From assembly GCF_009914755.1 (NCBI RefSeq), contig NC_060939.1: 64,000 nt of DNA; one strand, given 5' to 3'. A program made the translations under genes and the position numbers. Shown piece after piece: positions 54,806 to 64,000 of this stretch (its first letter is position 1; each line of letters begins with the position of its first letter). The notes under the pieces are model-generated. The model searched no databases. It had not been told where the DNA came from and saw only the letters and a program-made list of their open reading frames with translations. This DNA is from the human T2T-CHM13v2.0 reference genome, Homo sapiens.

Positions 54806-55757
54806 ACCACCATGCCCGGCTAATTTTTGTGTTTTTAGTAGAGACGGGGATTCACCATGTTGGCCAGGCTGGTCTTGAATTCCTAACCTCAAGTGATCCA
54901 CCCATCTTGGTCTCCTAAAGTTCTGGGACTACAGGCATGAGCCCTCACGCCCCGCTGGACTGCTGATTTTCATTGCTTAGTCAGTGCATAGTGAGGATTT
55001 TACTCCCTTCCTTGTGCATTTCTGGTGGACCTGGGTGATGAGATTTTAATCTACTTCTAATCCTGGCATTTCTGCATTTTATGTACTTTCCCCACCTTTT
55101 GTTTGTTTAGCTATTGACTTAGGTAATAGTACTAACAGTAATGGCCCAAGATTCTGTTTGTTGTTGTTTGTTTGTTGGTTTGTTTGTCACTAAGTTGGTT
55201 ACAGACCTAGAACTAGTCCCTGGCAACTCGGAAGCTGTTTTTTCCTGGGTCACCTTGGGGAAGTGTCTTGGGTGGGAAGAGGACAGAGGGAAGGACAGGG
55301 AGAGCCCAGGTTACTGATATGCTGGACTTCATCCTCATAATTGCCTTTGTGCCACTAACACTCCCTACATAAAGAGGCAGGGTGGGCAGTGAACACATAT
55401 GCCAGCCAGCTCAGTCCTCATCTGACATGCCATCACCTTTTGTTGGTAATTTCTACCCTGCAAATCTAGAAGTTATGATGTGCCATAGCCTTTATCTTTT
55501 TGGAAGGGCTGTCCCTGAACGCACATGAAAAGTTTCGACCGTTTTCCCTTGAACTGCCCTCTGATTCTGTTTGACAGTGTTTGTGGAGGCTAGCATCTGT
55601 TGACTTCTGTGGTCCTCAGTGCCTGAGCAGGAAAGGCTGGCTCTGGCTGTTTGTGTGTTTGCAGAGAGGAGGGACAGAGGGGCATGCAGTGCGGACAGAG
55701 CCTCATTCATTATAGCTAGGATTCTTCCTTCTCGCAAGCTATTTTGGAGGAGTGTCA

Positions 55758-56466
<709 letters not shown>

Positions 56467-56499
56467 TTATGAAGTCGAAAAAGCTGCAGGGGCTTAGGA

Positions 56500-56700
56500 T
56501 CCAGAGAGACCTGATTTCTAGTTATAGCTCTTCTATTTGGTATGTGGGTTTCTCAGGCAGTTTATCCCCTGTGAGCTTCAGATTCCTCATCAATAAAAAG
56601 GAGATGTTAATACCTGTATTTTGAGTTGTTAAAGGATAAAGTAATATGATTTGTATAAAGTACTCAGCATAATGCCTAGGACATATTGAATAGTCAATAA
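56500..56700. mobile_element. MIR
   Basis: gagcttcagattcctcatcaataaaaaggag..taatacct...tgtataaagtactcagcataatgcct. Confidence 0.7.
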
Positions 56701-57454
56701 ATGATAAAGATATGTCTAAAATTTAGCATCCCGGTTGCCATGTTGCTGCCTTTTCCTAACATAGCTATGTGGGTCTTAAGCAAATTTGCCATAATCTGAG
56801 GTCTAAAAGGCCTTGTCTTCAACTAATCCACTGATTCATTTGTACTAACTCCAGTTTCCCCCTCCTCTCTTACACTCTCTTCCAGTTCTTTTTTATTCTA
56901 GAGGTGCTTTTCTCCTATTTGTGCTTTTACCCTTCTTAGAATCTGGTGTCTGTTAAACTTCATCTGCGGACCAAGAAGGTAAAAATCCTGTGTTTCCATA
57001 AATCTTCACAAAATGCTTGTTTGATTGAGACTTACTGGATCAAACTTGGACCACATCAACCTTTGCCCCTTAGGGAAAAGCCATACTTTTGCATGTACTT
57101 TCTCGGACTAGAGAATTTTTCTGACCAATGGCTGTAACTATTCCCTAACTTTAGGCTGTGGGACAGAAAGGAGTTTGCCCACACTTGCTGGACTTTGCAA
57201 ATAGCTTGGGCTGCTTTGTGGTATATTTTTTAGCTCTACCATCTCAGGGGCTTCCTGGGCTGTAGAGTGAGTGGGCAGAGGGTCAGAACAGCCGGGACCA
57301 AAGTTGAGAAGTGGTACCGACCAGGCTGGGATGGGATGAGAAGTGGTACAGATGAGGCTGGGAAGACAGTGAGAATATTCTAATGTGGACTCTCCTGTAG
57401 GGCAAGGCTCTGTCCCTTTTAATTCTCATTAAAATGGCTTTTTTCCCCCTTTAG

Positions 57455-57506
57455 GAAGGGACAACAAAAATAGGAAGGATTGACTCAGACCAGGAACAGG
57501 ACATTG
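57455..57506 (+). CDS. STARD9: STARD9 exon ~17 (52 nt), FHA start: EGTTKIGRIDSDQEQDI(V)
   Basis: ctttag|GAA, TTG|gtaagt; FHA IGR motif. Confidence 0.96.
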
Positions 57507-57841
57507 GTAAGTGGCAGAGTATATGAGTCCAGCATTTTGGGGCTAGTATTTGTGCCCGAAAGGTTTCTTCGAGGACTTTGATGATGCTCTGAGAAGAAGG
57601 GAATCATTGGCGTATTCAGGGCCTGCTTCTCTTTCTGCTGCTAGGTTTCAGGTCTGGGACGTCACAGGGGGAGACCCACGCAGTGGGAGGATTTCAGGTC
57701 TGGGTGGTTTCAGGTCAGCTCTTCCTCTTTTATTATGGTATGAGGTCTTCCAGATTTTGGATTCTGATCTCACAGAAAGAAATGGAGAGGGTGTTTCCCT
57801 GCATCGTCCTCCCACCCAAGTGACCACCACCTCTTTTGTAG

Positions 57842-57979
57842 TCCTGCAGGGTCAGTGGATTGAGAGAGACCACTGCACTATCACCAGTGCCTGTGGTGTA
57901 GTTGTTCTACGACCTGCCCGTGGGGCCCGCTGTACAGTCAATGGCCGGGAGGTCACTGCCTCCTGCCGTCTGACTCAAG
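57842..57979 (+). CDS. STARD9: STARD9 exon ~18 (138 nt), FHA: LQGQWIERDHCTITSACGVVVLRPARGARCTVNGREVTASCRLTQ(G)
   Basis: ttgtag|TC, AAG|gtagga; HC and VNG FHA motifs. Confidence 0.95.
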
Positions 57980-58199
57980 GTAGGACTGTCTGTAGCCCTG
58001 TTTATCCCAAGATGAGTGATGGACCAGCTCCAGTTTCATGGGCCCAAAGAGCTCAGTGAAGCAGGCTTTAAAAATGGATCACCCAGCCTCTGCACCCTGA
58101 AGTCTGAAGATTTTCTAATATGATCCTATTCCCATAAACAAGCCTTAATTCCAAAGTCTTGGAGTGAAGAATGACTGTATGAAATTTGTACCTGTGTTA

Positions 58200-58340
58200 A
58201 TTAGCTCTGTCTCCCTAGGAAAGTCTCTGAGCCTCAACTTTCCTCATCTATAAAATGGGGATAATAATAGAATCATTGTGAGGATTGAATGAACCTTATA
58301 GTTCTTAACAGTGTGCTTTGCACTCTGTAAACACTCATTA
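58200..58340. mobile_element. MIR
   Basis: ctctgagcctcaactttcctcatctataaaatggggataataat. Confidence 0.8.
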
Positions 58341-58678
58341 TCATTATTACTTTAATTACCGCTACTGTTATTAATCTATGCAAATTCTGTCTGTTCTTTT
58401 GAGACTGAGCTGAGATTCCTCCTCTTCCATCAAGTGTTCCCTGACTACTCCACCTGGAACTCAACTTCCTTTCCCTTGGAATAGTAGAGTTCTTCCTGTC
58501 TGTCTTATTAATTCAAGATGTATGCTGTGAGATGCAGAATTAATATGTATCTTATCAACTCAGCAAAATTATCAGTTATCGAGGGCATGACTTTGTCTCA
58601 CAGAGCAGTGCCGTACACATAGTATGTACTCCAAAACATGAGCTGTTGATTGAATTCTCATTTGTCTCTGTGCTGCAG

Positions 58679-58761
58679 GAGCTGTCATAACCCTGGGGAA
58701 GGCACAGAAGTTCCGATTCAACCACCCAGCAGAGGCTGCTGTCCTGCGGCAGCGAAGGCAG
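58679..58761 (+). CDS. STARD9: STARD9 exon ~19 (83 nt), FHA end: AVITLGKAQKFRFNHPAEAAVLRQRRQ
   Basis: ctgcag|GA, CAG|gttagc; FRFNHP motif. Confidence 0.96.
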
Positions 58762-58886
58762 GTTAGCAGGGCTGTGTTTTCTAGGTTATTGCTGGCCTCC
58801 CTGTTTCCACCTTTTAGATGAAAAGCCAAGCTGGGAGAGGTGGAGGCGATGACAGCAGCCTCACTGTGCTTTCTTCCTTGTTCAAG

Positions 58887-58990
58887 GTTGGAGAGGCTGC
58901 TGCTGGTCGTGGCTCGTTGGAGTGGCTGGATTTGGATGGAGATCTCGCTGCCTCCCGGCTGGGTCTCTCCCCTTTGCTTTGGAAGGAAAG
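58887..58990 (+). CDS. STARD9: STARD9 exon ~20 (104 nt): VGEAAAGRGSLEWLDLDGDLAASRLGLSPLLWKE(R)
   Basis: ttcaag|GTT, AAG|gtaaga; open frame matching recalled protein. Confidence 0.9.
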
Positions 58991-59984
58991 GTAAGAAATA
59001 GCTGCTTATACTGATGTGGAACCTACTGGGTTCGCTTCTTAGTCCATGACAGCATGGATCAGGGTGGGGGTGGGGGGTGATTAATGTAGCAGCCAAGGTC
59101 TGAATGAGCCCTTGTCTGAATCAACTTGGGCAAGTCATTTGATGATGCTGAACTAGCTGCTAAGTTCGTAGTTGGCAGGGAATTGGTCTTGGCCCTTGTT
59201 CATTTCCTCTTTGGTATTTCGACTTTTTTCATCACTGAAAGAGGTACATTATTTGATGTTCCTGTGGCCACTTTTCTCTCTCCACAAAATTTAGCTGTGC
59301 TGTGTTTGTGGACATCTTTGTTCTGAGCTTACCTTCCCATATACTCCTTTAAGTTCTGGCCTGTGTGTGAGCTCATAGTATATGTCACGTAGTGTATGTG
59401 AGCTCATAGCTTCCAGAACGTATGGCTTTCTCTGAGTTTTTAAAGATAGTGTGTGACTGAGAAGGCTTTCTTTCTCATAACCAAGAATCCAGAACTGTGC
59501 ATAGAGGGGCAGAAACTATAGGAACAATATGAAAATATCTTTTGGTTCTACCCTCTCATACCCACTTTGCCTGCATTGTAACTATGAAACATTGAGTCAG
59601 AGTTTTATATGGGATTGATGGCAACTACTTTTCTACTTCATACTTCATCCGTTTCTACATAAAACACCCTTCCCAGATCCAGAAGCCTTGCAGATTTGGT
59701 ACTGGGAGTCCTTCTATTCCTGTACGTCAAAGTGACCTCTGCCTTAGAGATTTCCTTTAGAAAATTTCAGCAGGGGACTTGGTGCCTGTGACATCACTGG
59801 TGTTGGGAGGCTGCCAAACACCTTGAGCACAGGGTCTCAGTAGTTATGATGGCCCGTAGTTTCTTCAGAAGGATCCAGCAGTTCTTTCCTCAGGCCAGCA
59901 GCATTTGATGGCAGATGAAGACAATCTTATGTCTGACCTTGGCAGTGAGGAATGTTGGATACAGGAGCAGAAGTGCTCTGATCA

Positions 59985-60307
<323 letters not shown>

Positions 60308-62647
60308 TCAGGAAAGCATGAACAGCAGGCAAGTCCTCATAGGAGAGCTGCTGAGTGAAGGATGCTACAACAGAAATTGCGTGAAGGATGATCCTAGTGT
60401 TGAGTAACTGAGAGCTCTATGGGATGGAGAATAAGGTAGAAGAGGTGACACAAGGTGGACTCAGGACTTAGGCTGGAGCTTTTGCTTTGTCAGAGTGACT
60501 TTCCTTTTTTGTAGTGAAGTCATGAAAGTAGCTCCTGTTTTAGGTAAGGTTTGTGTTGGGAAGACTCTTTGAAGATCTGTTTTTCCCAGAGTTCAGAGGT
60601 TTACAGAAAATAACACTGCAACTTAAATAGCTGAGAATGGAAGAGATGCATTGCAGCAGACAAAACCGATTCACGTCCTGGCTGTACTGCAGAAAAGCTG
60701 TGTGACCTTAGGCAAGTCAATGAACCTCTGAGCCTGTTTCCCTACCTCTAAAGAGACGATACTGCTATCTGTTTTCCAGGGATGATTGAAAGAGCGAGTA
60801 TATATGCACGGTGCAGACACACCCCACAGCCCCTATTGCTGCCAGCAAGGCTGCCTCCCTTTCTCTTTCTTGTCCTCCTGTCTCAACCCAGCTGACCTAT
60901 CCACCCCAGAGTACATCATGGTGTTGTGCTCTTCTCTTGCCTTTTTAAAGTCTTCTATGGCTCTCTAGCCCCACAGGCACTGACATGAGCTTTCAGACAC
61001 ACAAGAATGTGTCCTTTCATTCAGAGAAGACAGGAATTTCAGAATCAAGGCCTCTCCCACCCACTGTCTCCACTCTTGAGCACCAGCTCTAGGAGCCTGT
61101 AGGCTGGGCTGGTCCTGCCCAGCTACTGTAGCCAGCATCTGTACCAATCCCTGGTGGAGGTGGTGTGGTGTGGTGCTCAAGTCCGTGATTGGGCAAAGGG
61201 ACCAGGGAGAGGAACCTGCACGACTAGAGAAAAATATAAATTGTCAGCTGGGCTCCCAGTCTGGATTTGTGGTTGTGTGTCTACGAGTCTCTCCCTCTGC
61301 TCTTGGATGTGGTTGGCTCCAAAGCCTCCCTTTATTCCAGGTTTCCTTTCCCTCATTTATCTCTGGAGCAGCATTCATGAGGAGCCTGCAAAGCTGGAGC
61401 TAGCTCCAGAGCCAGGGGAAATTGGCCAGTCTGCCTTCCTTTTCTCCTTGCAGCAGTAATCTGGACCAGAGGGGAATTTGTCTTTGAATACCATTGCCTG
61501 TGTTCTTGGCATTTTCCCATTTGGAATTGTAGGGGGTTAACCTTAAGTGCCTAGAGCCTGGGAGACACTGTTGCTGCTTCCGCTGCCACCACCGCTGCCA
61601 CTGCGGCTTTAGTAAGTAGATGCCACTGCAATCTGCTGCAGAAGCTGCCAGACCCCGAGGCTGGGGGACAGCTGTGAGAGAAGAAGCAGGAGAGTGCAGT
61701 GGAGTCCTCACAAGCAGGTGTCTAGGCAGCAGCTGGGGGATACTGGAGCCATCAGAGATGAAGGGCAATTACCTGATAAAGACAGAGGTCCCTTGGCTGG
61801 CAGGTAAATGAAGACTTGCCCTTTGTAATCTAGCCAGACATGTAGTATAAGGTTGCTATTTTCTTTTTCACCTGCTTTCTGGGAACTTGACAAAATGTGC
61901 TTAGCAGAGGGACCATTCTGTGCGGCCTCTTGGGTGAATGTGCTGCATCTATACAGATGGCAGCAGACAGCCTCTCCTTGCAGGTCCTATGGCTATGCAG
62001 GAAACAATATCATAGCTGTCACTTTCTTAGGTGAAGGGTAAGGAGCACCCCTTCTAGGGAGAAGCAGATTGTAAATCTGAAGGTTGAGGAGAAAGCCAGA
62101 CAAGGAGACTGAGTAATCTCAGGGAGTTCAGATAAAGACCCTGTCTCAGCCTCTTGCATCTGGTGGTCTGTGGGTCTTAGCTGGGTTTGTCTAGGATGGG
62201 CTCATGTTTGTAATTCAGCCATTTCTATAGTCAGACAAAATTTGGAGCAGTAATACAAGCATGATACATATGGATGTATGTTTCCTGTTAACTGCTTTCT
62301 CTATTTGTTTGGCATTAACAGGTTTCTATTCCAGTTGCTATCCTGAGCCTCCACATAACAGAGAGTAACCTTCCTCTTTCTGTATGCTCCACTGTGTATA
62401 TTTGGCCTTTTGCCCACAGCAATCAGTGCCAGTCTTTTGAGCACACTCACTCAAGTGTCTGGACCTGTCCTAGTCCTTGGACCTGTTGCAGATTGAATGA
62501 CCTCATAGCCTTCTTCCCTGGGAAGAGACTGTGGTTGTGTCAGCTCCCACTCCCATTCCCCCGGGCTATTCCACCTATCACTCTTCACCCATCCATCTTT
62601 TACTATCCTCCAAAGGCTGCGTTATGAAATCTTAATTTCTTCCAAGG

Positions 62648-62868
62648 CAGGGGCGGCAAACATTTTCTGTAAAAGGCCAGATAGTATTTTAGGCTTTGTG
62701 GGCCATATGGTCTGTGCTGCAACTACTCAATTTTGCCAGGGTGGTGCAAAAGCAGCCCTAGACAGTACGTAAATAAATGGGTGTGGTTGTGTTCTAATAA
62801 AACTTTATTAATAAAAACAGGCAGCAGACCAGATTTGGACTCATAGGCTTTCATTCGTGGACCTCTTC
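62648..62868 (+). mobile_element. MER58A-like hAT element
   Basis: cagggg..ggcaaac.ttttctgtaaa.ggccagatagt...ttctaataaaactttatt...ccagatttgg. Confidence 0.8.
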
Positions 62869-63322
62869 TGTGATACCCGTGTGATTTCATTCTGCTCTAC
62901 AAAGTGGTGGATCTCCTAAAAAGTGGTTCCCTTACAGCGTATGGGTCATACTGCCTGAGATATAGTTCCAGCATCAAACCAATAAGCTTCTCCAAGCTTC
63001 CAAGTCATGACATCCTGGGATTGTGGGGAAGGCTAGATAAAGCAGGCTTGATTCTAACTTTTTTGTTAGCCTCTGGCAGAATCTGACTCTTCCCAGCCAC
63101 TCCCATTCTGTGCCCATCCTGGGGTGCCCATACAGTTGGCTCCTTTAAAAACCTAAATGACAGGGATGAAGATACCCTGCAGAAAAAGCATTTGAGGTCC
63201 TTACGTGACCCCCAGGGAAAGGTCAGCAAGTAGGTAGAAGCTGTCAGTTTTCAGAGTAAGCCTCTGAGTCATCTGTGGTCATATAGGAACCTGGTGGCAG
63301 AGTAAGGCATGACTAAAATCTA

Positions 63323-63706
<384 letters not shown>

Positions 63707-64000
63707 TCATTTATATCCACACTCACTCTCCCTCATTCCCTCTCACTGGATCTAGACAAATTCTTGACATATTTCACCAGTAAATGCTTCAGTATATATC
63801 TTTGAAAGGTGTGGTAGAGTCTAAAACTCTTGAATCCTATTCCAGGGCTCATTCACTGAAAACAGCTCTGGAGTGGAGACCAGCTCTCCTTTGGGTCACA
63901 CACACACAGGCGTGGTGTGTGTATAAATTATCAGCTGCCTTTTGCTACCAGATCACAGAGGATTTCTGTTTCAGGGAATGGAGGTGCAGTAACAATCTCT

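Larger units (their letters stand above)
54141..54957 (-). mobile_element. Antisense AluS split by an LTR
   Basis: Alu halves 54141-54301 and 54806-54957; TSD tgctgatttt. Confidence 0.9.

Noticed and set aside
57550-58059. 169-aa ORF extending exon 18 into flanking introns
   Set aside because: Starts at TTG; full intron retention hits TGA shortly after exon 17; the one in-frame upstream AG I found among those checked (57697) has a poor pyrimidine tract.
58762-58886. Retention of the 125-nt intron as a coding isoform
   Set aside because: In-frame TGA within the intron and length not a multiple of 3.
58572-59096. 174-aa antisense ORF over exons 19-20
   Set aside because: Likely shadow of the coding strand; no recognisable domain.

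Overview
Primate (very likely human) genomic DNA inside STARD9 (KIF16A, kinesin-3 with a START domain) on the + strand. I traced 17 consecutive GT-AG coding exons from 17866 to 58990 (about exons 4-20; numbering inferred from my recollection of the protein). They splice into one open frame covering most of the kinesin motor (P-loop GQTGSGKT, switch I SSRSH, switch II DLAGSE, the loop-12 insert with a DSGILS phosphodegron), the neck coil and the FHA domain. The rest is intronic and repeat-dense: about 68 Alu/FLAM/FRAM copies by eye count, two multi-kb L1s, a near-full Tigger1, two solo ERV1 LTRs, and MER1/MER5/MER58, L2 and MIR fragments. Most ORF-track entries are Alu/L1 artefacts. Best lead: a 3 x 71-bp tandem repeat that copies the exon-12 splice donor (CCA|GTGAGT) twice into the intron; using either extra donor gives a premature stop, so copy number could tune productive splicing. 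Other leads: an antisense LTR10-like LTR with a zero-spacer p53-type site, a Thr at a normally hydrophobic neck-coil position, a ~275-nt pyrimidine tract grown from an Alu tail, and template-switch scars. Repeat subfamily names are by-eye recognition and repeat boundaries are approximate unless a TSD is cited.
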